Shown here: one piece after another, positions 12,727 through 26,764 of the stretch
Layout of the letters: each line of letters begins with the position of its first letter
Numbering within the stretch: position 1 is the stretch's first letter
Assembly (NCBI RefSeq): GCF_006345805.1
Contig: NC_043002.1
Location: 33,108,001 to 33,172,000 of the forward strand
From: Octopus sinensis
Lineage: Eukaryota
DNA length: 64,000 nucleotides
Direction: 5' to 3'
Program-made: the position numbers and the translations under genes
The notes under the pieces: generated by a model
Told to the model about the DNA's origin: nothing
What the model saw: the letters and a program-made list of their open reading frames with translations, nothing else
The model's database searches: none

Positions 12727-12970
12727 GGGGCACGTGAATTAGTGGTTAGGGTGTCAACATCATGATCGTAAGATTGTGGTTTTGATTCCTGGACTGGGCG
12801 ACATGTTGTGTTCTTGAGCAAAACACTTCATTTCACCTTGCTCCAGTCCACTCAGCTGGCAAAAATGAGTAACACTGTGATGGACTGGCGTGCCATCCAG
12901 CTGGGGAACACATACGCTATAGAAACCGGGAAACCGGGCCCGTGAGCCTGGCTAGGCTTTAAAAGGGTGC
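12727..12970 (+). mobile_element. tRNA-derived SINE (ggcgcgtggcttagtggttagg...gattcc head family)
   Basis: tRNA-like head. Related copies are at about 29120-29365(+), 53014-53320(+), 25800-25915(-), 29930-30060(-) and 63825-64000(-). Confidence 0.8.
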
Positions 12971-12984
12971 ATTTATTTATGTAT

Positions 12985-12996
12985 ATATATATTTGC

Positions 12997-13045
<49 letters not shown>

Positions 13046-13353
13046 TTTCAGCTTCGCCTTGTATTGCATATTATTTCTCCATACAGGGGTTTTTTCAATG
13101 GCGGCCCATTTTCGCGGGGTTCCACTATTTCCCTTCTCTCTCTCCCTCTTTTACGTTGTCTGCCACCCCCTCTTCCTTTGCTAAGAGCATTTAAGCCAGC
13201 CCGTCATATTCCCGTGTCAGGCCGAAGAACGAAATGTTCCCAAGATAAGAGAGTCTTTCTAATCTAATGTGTGGTTGAGCTGTTTATTATTATTATTATT
13301 ACTATATTGTAGTATTAGTATTGTCCCTTGATCCTCGGTCGAAAATTTGCTTA

Positions 13354-13406
<53 letters not shown>

Positions 13407-13575
13407 TACTATTTTCAGCTTCGCTTGTATTGATATTATTTCTCCATACAGGGGTTTTTTCAATGGGGCCCATTTTCGCGGGGTTCACTATTTCCCTTCT
13501 CTCTCTCCCTCTTTTACGTTGTTGCCATCCCCCCTCTTCCTTTGCTAAGAGCCTTTTTAAGCCAGCCGTCATATT
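12985..13575. repeat. Local tandem duplication of a unit of about 230-280 bp that begins with (TAT)n
   Basis: actattttcagcttcgc...ggcccattttcgcgggg...gccagcc.gtcatattcccgtg occurs at about 13040-13220 and again at about 13408-13582. Confidence 0.85.
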
Positions 13576-14942
13576 CCCGTGCACCCGCCCTTGCCCACCC
13601 CACCACCAATACCGGATATCTCTTATTTTTGCTCCATCTATACCGGATGTCGCTTCTCCCACCACCATTATAGGTGTCTACTCTTCGAACCCCCCTCTTC
13701 AATACGCTATTTGACCATGCATTACCCCTCTATTATATCCTACGTTCTACTTGCCTAGAACCTGTCATCATTTCTCTGAACCACCCCTCCCCACTGGTGC
13801 TCCCCTATATTTCCCCCCCCCCCACATAAAAAGCACCATCCGAACGTGGCCGATGCCAGACCCCTCTGGCACCTGTGCAGGTGGCACGTAAAAAACACCC
13901 ACTACACTCGCGGAGTGGTTGGCGTTAGGAAGGGCATCCAGCTGTAGAAACACTGCCAGACTAGACTGGAGCCTGGGGCAGTCCCGAGCTCCCCAGACCC
14001 CGGTCGAAACCGTCCAACCCGTGCTAGCGCGGAAAACGGACGTTAAATGATGATGATGATATATGTGTGTGTGTGTATGTATTTATACATGTACATACGT
14101 ATGTATGTTTGCATGTTCTCTTGTTTTTGATTGTCTAAATTATTCCTCTGAGGAAAGAGCTAATTTTTAACAAAGATACAAGCTCCATCTTTGGGATATA
14201 AATAACAAAAATAATGTCACATTTTAAACTTGACAAAATTCTTACATATTTTTACTGTTCCACTTCCAGATCGTATTTGTAATGTACGAGGTAGTTGGTT
14301 GATTTTCTGAAAACCCTAGAGCCAATTATGTAATAATGACAACTGACTTATAGAAATGCATTCTTTTTTTTACATTTATTCTTTTACTTGTTTCATTCAT
14401 TTGACTGCAACCATGCTGGATCATCACCTTTAGTTGAACAAATCAATGCCAGGACTTATTCTTTGCAAGCCTGGTACTTATTCTATCTATGTCTTTAGCC
14501 AAACCACTAAGTTATGGGGACATAAACACACCAACATCAGTTATGATGGGGGTGGGGACAAACTCAGATCCACAAATACATACATATATACATATATATA
14601 TGTATATAGTCGAAAGACACCTGTTGTTAATGTCCTGTTGTTTGTATTTGTATTTGTGTAACATTTCTCCGGTTTTTTTTTCCATCCTTGCTTTTGTATA
14701 CATTCACTTGTTTTCTTCCAAAGAATCTAGTGCTTTTAGCTTAGGTTTTCTTGGGGCCAACCAGAATAGAGCAGTCTCGAGTGTAACCAACCGAAACTGC
14801 ACAGACAATCTGCTTCGCAACTGATGACTGAAAGCTCCGAATGACCTGTCCTTGTTTGTTCCTGTCCGAATGTTTTGTTGTTGCTTGTTACATTCCTGTT
14901 CCATTTTTGTTTTGATTATATATATATATATTTCTCTTTTTC

Positions 14943-15335
14943 TCTTTTACTTGTTTCAGTCATTTGACTCCGGCCATGCTGGAGCACCACCTTTAATCGA
15001 GCAACTCGACACCGGGACTTATTCTTTTGTAAGCCCAGTACTTATTCTATCGGTCTCTTTTGCCGAACCGCTAAGTAACGGGGACATAAACACACCAGCA
15101 TCGGTTGTCAAGCAATGCTAGGTGGACAAACACAGACACACAAACATACACACACACACATATATATATATATATACATATATACGACAGGCTTCTTTCA
15201 GTTTCCATCTACCAAATCCACTCACAAGGCTTTGGTGGGCCTGAGGCTATAGTAGAAGATGCCATGCAGTGGGACTGAACCCGGAAGCATGTGATTAGTA
15301 AACAAGCTACTTACCACACAGCCACTCCTGCGCCT
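14943..15335 (-). mobile_element. Composite tRNA-derived SINE of about 400 bp (head gtgtggtaag..ggttcagtccc, internal (TA)n(TG)n, tail ending gactgaaacaagtaaaa)
   Basis: Full copies also at about 17208-17592(+), 38200-38590(-), 40445-40862(-) and 58097-58510(+). Partial copies at about 4560-4720, 8580-8780, 15345-15505, 16965-17200, 19330-19495, 34865-35205 and 45460-45620. Confidence 0.88.
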
Positions 15336-18300
15336 ATATATGACGGGCTCCTTTCAGTTTCTGTCTACCAAATCCACTCAGACAGCTTTGATTGGCCCGA
15401 AGCTATAGCAGAAGACACTTGCCCAAGATACCATGCAGTGGGACTGAACCTGGAACCATGTGATTTTGAAGCAAGCTTCTTACCACACAGCCACTCCTGT
15501 GCCTATGCATGTATATTGTATAAAGCTTAAATTTACCAATTACATTTTCTCTGCTTATTATGAATATATATGAATACATAAACCAAAACACACACACACA
15601 CATACATGTATGCATATATATATGTATGTGTGTGGATTGTTTCCAGAGACAAGTGGAATATAAAATCTCTTACTTGCAATACAGGTAAATGCTAGTGACA
15701 AGAAGAGCACTCAGCTGTAAAACATTGCCTTGATAATATGCATTTACCCAACCCATGCTAACATGATCATGAAACAAATGAACAAAGAAATGCAAGGGAG
15801 ATGTATGGGTGAGTTAATAGGACAATGGGTACCCTGACAATAACTCAGCGGTTTGTGAATTGTTATTAATGTAGTGATATATCTGTTGCTCAGACACTTC
15901 TTTACACCCTCTTCTATCTAGATCACATTCTTTTATGTCCTGTTCTATCTAGATCCCTTTCCTCATAGACAGGAGATCAGTCTGTTTCAGACAACATTCC
16001 CATACTGCCAACTGTTCATATAACCAGTAACAAAGACAATCTGAAGTGTGTAGTACACTAAATTGTGCCGCCTTTTGTGTAGACAGACAACTATGCCAAT
16101 ATTTAAGTTAAATGTAACCATATCTAGTTAACCATTCATCATCTTCATCATCATCATTTAACGTCCGCTTTCCATGCTAGCATGGGTTGGACGATTTTGA
16201 CTGAGGGCTGGCGAGCCTGATGGCTGCACCAGGCTCCAATCTTGATCTGGCAGAGTTTCTACAGCTGGATGCCCTTCCTAATGCCAACCACCCCGAGAGT
16301 GTAGTGGGTGTTTTTTACGTGCCACCGGCACAGGGGCCAGTCAAGCGGTACTGGCAATGACCTCGCTCGAATCTTTTTACACATGCCAGTGAAGCGACGT
16401 TGGTAACGATCACACTTGAATGGTGCCCTTTTACGTGCCAAGGGTACGGAAGCTAGTTGGCTGCTCTGGCAACGAGAACGTTCGAATGGTGCTCATGGTA
16501 CCCTACTAGCACAGGCATGAGTGCCAGTAAGGCGCTGCTGGTAACGACTCCTTACTGGCATACAACCATTACGCTTGTATATACAAATATAGTGTTACAT
16601 TGAAAGTAATTTTAGTCTCAGATCAATTATGTTTATTTAGATTTATGATCAAAGACATTCTAACAATAACTATTACAACTTTTATACATAATGGTGAATA
16701 ATGACATGGTAAATAGCATAGCTACCACTTCATTATGCAATGTGACCTTCTTTTGATGGGGTGATGGTTGTTTGAGAGATATTTGGTTATTCTTGGAAGT
16801 CTAGCAATCACTCAGAGATTCCCTTATTGGACATTCAAGCCTAGCAAAGGTTGTGTGAGTTCCCACATTTTTAGTTTTAGGAATGTGCCAGACATTAAGC
16901 TGATTAGTACAGGTGTAGTACTTAGGGTTTAGCCAAAAAGCCAAATGGTTCCCTTACTCTTTTACTCTTTACTCTTTTACTTGTTTCAGTCTGTGGCCAT
17001 GCTGGAGCACTGCCTTTAGTCAAGGAAATCGACCCCAGGACTTATTCTTTGTAAGCCTAGTACTTATTCTATTGGTCTCTTTTGCTGAACCTCTAAGTTA
17101 CGGGGACATAAACACACCAGCATTGGTCATCAAGTGATATTGGGGGGGGCAAACACGGACACACAAACATATACACACACATACATATATATATATACAC
17201 ACACATACAGGAGTGGCTGTGTGGTAATTAGCTTGTTTACCAACCACATGGTTCTGGGTTCAGTCCCACTGCGTGGCACCTTAGGCAAGTGTCTTCTACT
17301 ATAGCCTCGGGCCGACCAAAGCCTTGTGAGTGGATTTGGTAGACAGAAACTGAAAGAAGCCCGTCGTATATATGTATATATATATATATGCATGTGTGTA
17401 TTTGTGTGTGTCTCCCTAGCATTGCTTGACAACCGATGCTGGTGTGTTTATGTCCTCGTTACTTAGCGGTTCAGCAAAAGAGACCGATAGAATAAGTACT
17501 GGGCTTACAAAAGAATAAGTCCCGGGGTCGAGTTGCTCGATTAAAGGCGGTGCTCTAGCATGGCCGCAGTCAAATGACTGAAACAAGTAAAAAAAAATAT
17601 ATATATATATATATAAATCAAATCAAATCAAAATAGACAAAATAGATGAACATCAATGGAATTTGTATCTTGTGGTACCAGTGCCTGTGGCACACAAGAA
17701 ATCCATCAGTGCTGTAGTCAGTGCGGTGGGCACATGACAAACACCATCCGATCGTGGCCGTTCGCCAGCCTCATCTAGCACCTGTGTCGGTGGCACATAA
17801 AAAACACCATCCGAAGACCCGGCAAGACTAGTCAGGCCATAACCCATGGCCCCTACCTGGGACGTAGTCAGTCCACCTGTGCATACCTTCCTTCTTGTGA
17901 CACTTGTGAAGACCTGTTGAGGCAAGTGAAAATCAAAACAAATCAAAATAGATGAACATCAATGGAATTTGTATCTTTGTGGTACCAGTGCCGGTGGCAC
18001 GTGGCACACAAGAAAACCATCCGAACGTGGCCGTAGCCAGTACCGCATCGACTGGCCTCCGTGCTGTGGGCACGTAACAAGCACCATCCGATCATGGCCG
18101 TTTGCCAGCCTCATCTGGCACCTGTGTCGGTGGCACATAAAAAACACCATCCGAGCGTGGCCGTTTGCCAGCCTCGTCTGGCACCTGTGTCGGTGGCACA
18201 TAAAATCACCCACTACACTCTCGGAGTGGTTGGCGTTAGGAAGGGCATCCAGCTGTAGAAACACTGCCAGATCTGACTGGACTGGTGCAGCTTTCGGGCT

Positions 18301-18633
18301 CCCCAGACCCCAGTTGAACCGTCCAACCCATGCTAGCATGGAAAGCGGACGTTAAATGATGATGATGATGATGATGATGATGATATATATATATATATTA
18401 ATAATAAAATATTAGGGAATAAATCCAAACTAACAGGGAAAAATCAGATTTAGGATTAAATCCAATTTTATAGTATAAATATATTATATTATATTATATC
18501 AAATTAGGGATAAAACCACTATTAAGCAAATCAAACAATGAAAAACATAAGCCAATACATAAAATTATTAATTTATATTATTTTAAATATATATCAAAAG
18601 TATTAAAAGTTTAATAAAAGATAAAGAGTAAAA

Positions 18634-18703
18634 CACTACGATCGTTTCATGGCTGTACAATTCGTAATAATTCGAGTTATGGTTACAGTCAATCTTCAGG
18701 TTA
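18634..18703 (-). ncRNA. Minimal type I hammerhead ribozyme motif in an AT-rich Penelope-like repeat
   Basis: Minus strand reads aac-CTGAAGA-TTGACTGTA...TACAGCCAT-GAAA-CGATCG-TA|GTG. Core and palindromic stem III (ACGATCGT) are intact; stems I and II carry mismatches. Confidence 0.65.
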
Positions 18704-19965
18704 ATTGAAATATCTAAAATATAAAATATAATCAGAAATATTTAAACAATATTTTTAAGATATAAATAATATAATAATTTTACTTATAATGAACTCTATT
18801 ATCAAACTAGAAACATAAAACTTAACAATTATGATTATATCAAAATCGACTATAATGTTAAATATTAATTTTAATTTATAAGGTAGGAAACCCACCAATT
18901 GTCTAATATCGGTATTAGTCTATATCTAATTACATAAATATTTAAAAATGACTAATATATATAAATTATCAATGAAAATATATAAATGTATATAAATATT
19001 ATAATTAAGATCTAAAATAATCTCTATAAATAAATATATATGCACATATAATAATATCCTAATAAATTAATTTTTCATATTTAAAGATGAAATAGCTAAT
19101 TTCAAAATACAAATGAACAAACTTAAACAAACTTTCGGAAATCTTATGTAAGATAATTATAGAAATAATCAATTCGTAGTAATATAGTATCGAATAAATA
19201 CTATAAATACTATAAATATAATTATCAATGGGAATAACTAGCGATTATCAATTTTAAAAAATAACTAAGTTATGCTATTAAATATATATATATATATATG
19301 AATATATACATTCACACACATACATATATACAACGGGCTCCTTTCAGTTTCCGTCTACCAAATTCACTCACAAGGCTTTAGTCAGCCCGAAGCTATAGTA
19401 GAAGACACTTGCCCAAGGGGCCATGCAGTGGGACTGAACCCAGAACCATATGGTTTGTAAGTAAGCTACTTACCACACAGTCTCTCCTACGCCTATACTG
19501 TGCACAGAAGATTTACAACTAATCTTTCACTCTGTCAAACTATCTGAAATGTGGTATAAAAGAAAACAAATGCAGAACACTTTGAGGAAAGATGAAAGGA
19601 GGTGGACACTTTACAGAAGTTGTAAATAAAGTTTCTATTCCAAGAGTATAATATTGTTAAAAAAAAACATACCATTTATTTCATGCCTGTGTGTGTATAT
19701 GTGCATACACACAAAGATATGTATATATAAGTATATATATGTAAGAAAATGGAGAAATACATCTAAATCAAATATCAATTACACGATAATACTCAATCAC
19801 ATACTTTATTAAACTACCACATAAGAGACTGTAGGGTTACATATAAAAAGCAGAACAAATCAATGTACATACAGTAGTGTACATAAAAAAGTGTACATAA
19901 AAGAGTAATGATGTATAATAAGTAGAATATATATAAAAGAGAATATAAATATAAGTATAGATTAC

Positions 19966-20093
19966 ATCTTACAGCTGTTTCGGCCATGTAGATAAGTATG
20001 TCTCATTTTACCAATATTAGTATTTTATGGTAGGTCAATATATAGATATAAATGAGACATTTACAAAAATATCATAAGGCCTCTTCGGAGATT
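19966..20093 (-). ncRNA. Type I hammerhead ribozyme motif with variant core (CCGAAGA) and long stem II insert
   Basis: Minus strand reads atct-CCGAAGA-GGCC...(about 95 nt)...GGCC-GAAA-CAGCTG-TA|AGAT, with stems I, II and III all paired. Confidence 0.65.
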
Positions 20094-21303
20094 ATGTAAT
20101 ATAAATCAGTCTACATATATATCCACATGGGTGTGGGTACATACCCATAATACAACATATACATATACATATGAGTGCATATACTCACACTCCTATACAT
20201 ATACATAATGATATAAATAAATAATATAAATTAGTAAACATATATATGTTCCAGATTCAACGTCTCAGTTTTTCGACTTAATATTGTGATAATAAACATA
20301 CACATATTAGTACCTAGATGCAAATATACATAGGCAATAGTACATTATATTACTTCATACTAATTTATAAAGTGTCATTGAAGTTAGCATCATTATCGTT
20401 GTCAATACAATAAATGTTACCATTATTATCATTCATATTATTAATAACGCTTACATTAGGATCCAGATTGGCACATAAGTATGTCCAGGTTCCAGTTAGT
20501 AATTTTCCTTATGACATAAATACACTATTGGATTTGAATTTAAAATTATCATTATCTTCCTCATGGTTGGTCCATTGAGAGCCGCCCGACCTCTACCACA
20601 CCGCACAAGCAAAACATACACATCCACATCTAACCCTAAACCCACACATCCACACAGAAACTCACGCACACATGAATACACCCCTACACATCGCCACACT
20701 TTCACTGAAATGCAGAGTGCATGTCTGTCATCGCATGGCTTATAGACAAATCAGTACAGGCAGCAGTGTCTAACACTAACACTCACACTCACACACACAC
20801 TCACACGCACATGCACATATACACATAAATATTAGTACACTCACATATACTGTGTTAGGGAACATTCGCACATACATATATATATTTTAAAATATATATC
20901 TGTGCACTCATACGTACAACTAAAACCTATATTTATATCCACCCATGAATACATATTCGCATATACATATATACATATCCAAATATGCACCTGCGTGCTC
21001 TTATGTGTAATAAAAACATACATCCATACATCCACCCACGATCATACCTATATATACAAAAACATACATACGTCCATATACACATTTTCACACACCCCGA
21101 CACCTCAACTCACATCCTCTAAATCATAAATTAAAATATATGTCCGCCCATCCAAAGACGTATATATACATACACAAAAAGTAAACAGAAGTTACTATTA
21201 ATTTAGATATAAGTTCATTAATTATAAAATTATAAATTAAATTAATTATAGATTAGTAAGTGCTAGATAAACAAAAATAGATGATTAAATAAATAAATAT
21301 AAA

Positions 21304-21338
<35 letters not shown>

Positions 21339-23259
21339 ATGTATAGATAAATAGATAAATAAAACGGAATACAAATTAAGGAAGGCACAAAGATAAAAAA
21401 AAAAAAAATTTAAATTAAATAAAAAAAACACACCTTATATGCTCATCGAGATAAACAACTTATACTAATTATAGACTCTTACATATTACATATTGGTATA
21501 GCAAAAACTCAAACTAGTGCCCTAAGATATGATGCGCATATACACCTTACACCGATAAAAGATTCTATGGGGTTCCGAATATCATGCATATATCAGAATA
21601 ACCATATATTTTTGTTACCTTTGCCCATATAATACAGTAAATGAATTGATTGCATCGCAATCATTAACATTTATGTATTAACTTTGTTGGGTACTTCACT
21701 AGCAGTATATTGGATATATGTTATCCCATGGAGGGTTGCATTTACAACCCCTATCTCAATTTGTAACTATATGTATATATATATATATTTATGTATATAT
21801 AAATACACACACACACATACACACACACATATATATATATTTATGCAGTGGACTCATAGTTAAATGCTTGAGTATGCCTTTTAGCTTCATCAGAGCCTTG
21901 AATATGAAGTGTGTGTGTGTGTGTGTGCATAAATATATATATATATATATATATATGCTTACATAATATATACATAGATAGACAGGCAGACAGATATTTG
22001 TATGTTTGTCATCCTCATCATCATCATCATTTTACATCTGTTTTCCATGCTGGCATGGGTTGGACGGTTCGACCGGAGTCTGAGAAGCCAGGAGGCTGCA
22101 CCAGGCTCCAGTCTGATCTGGCAGTGTTTCTACAGCTGGATGCCCTTCCTAACGCCAACCACTCCGTGAGTGCAGTGGGTGCTTTTTACGTGCCACCGGC
22201 ACAGGTGCCAGGGGAGGTTGGCAGTGACCACGATCAGTTGGTGCTTTTTACGTTCCACTGGCACAGAAGCCAGTCAAGGTGGCGCTGGCATCAGCCTCGT
22301 TCGGATGGTGCTTCGACCACGTTCGGATGGTGCTTTTTACGTGCCACTAGCACAGGTATCACAACTACTATTTCCATTTGATATTTATTTCGATGTTTAG
22401 GTACTTGACTCAATAGGTCTCCTCAAGCACAGCAGGTCATGTGTCACTGGCACAGAAGCCAGTCAAGGTAGCGCTGGCATCGGCCACGTTCGGATGGTGC
22501 TTTTTATGTGCTGCCGGCATAGGTGTCGTAACTACAATTTCCATTTGATATTTATTTTGATATTGATGTTGATGTACTTGACTCAATAGGTCTCCTCAAG
22601 CACAGCAGGTCACTCTACGATCCAAGGTAAGCACAGCAGGTCGTTCTGCAATCCAAGGTACTTTGAATGGGCTGGGGCTATGCGAAACTGGTGCAGGAAG
22701 CAGCCCGGGTCTTTGCAGTCACAGCATATCTTCAGAGATCTCGGTCCTTCGTCATTGCCTCTGTTAGGCCCAATGCTCGAAGGTCATATGCTTACATAAT
22801 GTATACATAGATAGACAGGCAGACAGATAGATATTTGTATGTATGTCATCATCATCATCATCGTTTTACATCCGTTTTCCATGCTGGCGTGGGTTGGACA
22901 GTTTGACTGGGGCCTGAGAAGCCAGGAGGCTGCACCAGGCTCCAGTCTGATCTTGCAGTGTTTCTATAGCTTGATGCCCTTCCTAACGCAAACCACTCTG
23001 TGAGTGTAGTGGATGCTTTTTATGTGCCACCGGCACAAGGGGCCAGAGGAGCTAGCATCGACCACAATTGGATGGTGCTTTTTACGTGCCACCGACACGG
23101 AAGCCAGTCAAGGCAGTACTGGCATCGGCCACGTCTGGATGGTGCTTTTTAAGTGCTACCAGCATGGAGCTCACAACTACAATTTCCATTTGATTTGATT
23201 TTGATATTGCTGATGTTGATGTACTTGACTCAATGAGTCTCCTCAGAATGTCGCCCTAA

Positions 23260-24340
23260 ATTTTAAGATACTTTTGAGTGGGCTGGTTTTGCGACACTGG
23301 GGTAGGTTACAGCTGTGTACTCACTTTATTTGCCAGATCTTCTCAGTCACAGCATACCTCCAGAGGTCTTGGTCTTTTGTCATTGCCCCTTTGTGAGGCC
23401 CAGTGTTTGAAGGCCATGCTTCACCACCCTATCCCATGTCTTCCTGGGTCTCCCTCTACCCTGGATTCCTTCCACTGTTTGGGAGTGGCACTTCTTCACA
23501 CAGCTCTCCTCGTCCATCCACAGTACATGACCATACCAATTCAAACAATGCAGTTCACACACATGCATCATACAATCTACCTTTCACTCTGAGCAAGAGG
23601 CATATGTCACCAGTAGGGGTAGAAGCTTTCTAAACTTTGCCCAGGTTATTCTTATTCTAGTAGTAACACACTCTGAGCATCCGCCCCCCACCCCCACTAC
23701 AGTCTTGGTTGCCTAGTTAGTGGAAGCTATCAACTACTTCTAGTTTCTCCCTCTGGCATGTGATGGAGTCTGTTTTCTGAGTATCTGTGGTGTTTATTGT
23801 CCCTGTGCATCTGCTGCACATGAAAGCTATCTTCCTGGTTAATCTTCTTTTGATGTTGCTGCACCTCTTATGTATCCATAGCTTACACTGGGTACATCTT
23901 ATGGAATTTCTACCTACACCTTTTCTACAGATCAAGCAGGGCTACCTACCTGATGGGGTGTATGATGTGTTCACTTTCCTACTTACTAGAACTTTGGTCT
24001 TTGCAACATTGACTCTAAGGCCCTTCGATTCTAAACCTTGCTTCCAGACTTAAGTTTCTTCTCTAGCTATGGTAGTGATTCTGCTATGAGGGCCAGATCA
24101 TCAGCATAGAGGAGTTCCCAGGGGCAACCTGTCTTGAATTCCTCTGTTATTGCCTGGAGGACTATGATGAATAAGAGGAGGCTGAGGGCTGATCCTTGGT
24201 GGACCCCTACTTCTATTTGGAATTCTTCCTTATGTTCATATCCAATCCTAATCTTACTGACAGCATCTCTATATAGGGCCTGTGCAGCCCTTATCAACCA
24301 ATTGTCAATTCCTAGTTTCCACATTGCCCATCAGAGCAAA
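23260..24340 (-). mobile_element. RTE-clade LINE, 5'-truncated reverse-transcriptase region (pseudogene)
   Basis: Contains GVHQGSALSLLLF and WELLYADDLALIAES, a Cys-rich insert (C.ICRKGVGRNSIRCTQCKLWIHKRC) and LEVVDSF, interrupted by stops and frameshifts. Confidence 0.9.
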
Positions 24341-26544
24341 ACACTTCATCTCACTTTTCTCTGCGATCACTTTGACATCTGACATGTGGTATGCCATTCA
24401 CCTGTTTGGGCAACATCGATTTAATGGAGGAAGTGAGCTAATGTACAGAACATGTATTTCATCACTATAAACAAATCCTTGTGCAGGTCGTTCAGCAAAA
24501 GCTGAACACTCATACATTGTCTTCGACAGGAGAGTCCAGCATTATTCATTTTGATCATCATGTGTATTTTCATCATTATTTTATTTAATTTCAGGAAAAT
24601 TAGACTTATTGAACTTGTTTAGTAATGAAGATGACTGGATATGAGATTATCCACATGGTTGTAATTTGAGAACATGCAATGTCATTATGTTCACAAGAAA
24701 ATGATAGTTTGTTTATCATGTACTAGACTGCCTGACTAACACATCAAACAGGTGTTTGTTTCATTATTCACAGTTGAGTTGTTAACTGACGGAACCATAC
24801 CAGTTTTTTTTTGTTTTTTTTTTTTGTTTTTAAGCAACAAATTGCTCTAACTGATAAGCTAACCAACATGCATGCAAACATAGAACAATGATTATATAAC
24901 AATTTAGGATATATATTAGATAGATGCACCATGATATATGTATCAAATAGAGGTATCAAGTACAGTATTAGTTGAACTAAGTGAGACATTAGTCTGTGAA
25001 AATGCTCAAGTATGCTATAGACATACTGAAGTAAAGACTAATAGCAACCTGGACAAGCAAGCTGTATTTTGTTGGTTTTATTTATTTTTTATTTTTTTCA
25101 ACCATGTCTAGAAGGAAAATTTGTGTCTATAGCCTTCACAAGTATTCTTAGACTAGTGGAATCAACAAGGTTAACATCCCTTTTGAATAGCTACAAATTA
25201 ACTGTTGCAAGAAAAACATGATCATAAGATTATGACCTGAACACCCTAAGAACTTGGCTACATGTCTTCAAGGAGAGGGGGAAGAAAACAATATGAGTGC
25301 AAAACTAAAATCCCAAAGTACAGTGATATTTTTTTTCTGCTACTTTGGCAGGTTTATATTCTCACAGTTCCTCTCAAATGGGAGCCCAGACTAATGGCAT
25401 ATGATCGAGCTCAAATACTGGTCAAGTCTCTCATGTTGATTAATATATTCATCTGAGGCTAGCATAGAGTATCCAGATATAATGTGATCAATTGTTTCCC
25501 TGGTTACATGACAAAAGTGGCAGGCAGGATCAGTAACATTTTTAGGAATGCTTGCTTGGCAGTTTCTGGTGGGTAGACACTGATCCTAAGTCATTTCTGA
25601 TGCAGCAGCCAACCACTGATGGATCATAGCTAGGACCATGGGATTGCACCTAGAAAGTTACCCTCCCAAGAACAAGTCCAGGCAAGGTTGTTTGTGGAAG
25701 GCCAGCAGTCACCCTTGCATACCAACCTCCCCTCTCTATGCCACCGATGTTATCTAAGGGAAAGGCAAAGGTTGATACAGCTGACATCGCAACTCATTTC
25801 TACAGTTGAGTAAACTGGAGCAATGTGAAATAAAGTGTCTTGCTCAAGAACACAACACAGTCCAGTCCAGGATTCGAACTCACAACCTCATGCTCTAACC
25901 ACTGAGCCATGCGCCTACACACTGATGTATCATATCTGTATCAATATCAGTGTTGCAGGCCCTTATTACCTCCACCTTCTCTAAGGTGGAGGTATTGCTT
26001 TCAGTCATGTTTGTTTATTTGTCCATGGACAAGATATCTCAAGAACCACTAGATGGATTCTATGAAACTTTTTCAGGTATGTTTGACCTTATGACTGGCA
26101 TGAACTAACTAGATTTTGGGATCAATCCAGTACCTGACAAGGATTCTGGATTATTTGTTATATTTACTTTACATGAAGTATTATGATCTTATGTTGATTT
26201 TCAAGTCTTTCTCTGATTATCTCCCTTGAAAGCATGCTCATGGTTTCCACACAATTATGGTGGTGTTGCTGTTTTCAAAGTTTTATTTTCATTTCTCTGG
26301 TATTAATTTTACTCATATCTCTTTCTTAGTAGAAACTGATGGATAAAGAAATCAAACTACATAAACAAATGGCAGCAAAGCCATTCAGAGATTAAATAAC
26401 ACTAACGTATTCAGTAACAATGATAAATTTAATCTATCCTCAACAATTTTTAGTTTTACCAATTTTGAATATATCACTTCTGTTTAAAACTTCTTACCTA
26501 CTTGACAATTGCATTTCTAGCTCTGCCTTGAAGGAATCTTTACT

Positions 26545-26715
26545 TCTTGGACTCACATTTTTGTGTGCAAGGATGTTAAACCTCCATTAACAGCACCGTA
26601 TGCAGGTTCTTTCTGTTCTCTTTCATGCATGGATAAATTTTTCACTATAGACCTTAATGGTGGTAAAGACACTATATCAGTGGATAGACTAAAAAAGGCC
26701 TTCATAAAGAAAACT
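26545..26715 (+). mobile_element. Ty3/Gypsy integrase C-terminal fragment
   Basis: THIFVCKDVKPPLTAPYAGSF...KFFTIDLNGGKDTISVDRLKKAF matches the GPY/F-type integrase tail. Confidence 0.7.
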
Positions 26716-26721
26716 GCAGAC

Positions 26722-26764
<43 letters not shown>

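Noticed and set aside
14146-14190. CTGAGGA-AAGAGC...GCTC hammerhead-like start
   Set aside because: The GAAA half and stem III are absent.
17650-18200. Regularly repeated 45-bp units resembling a CRISPR array
   Set aside because: Eukaryotic context, no unique spacers and no cas genes; these are internal tandem units of a SINE-like element.
24595-24705. Exon-like segment after a good acceptor (atttcag|GAAAATTAGAC...), phase-compatible with exon 2
   Set aside because: There is an in-frame TGA after about 16 codons, no convincing donor and no SECIS evidence. At most it is an unproven alternative terminal exon.
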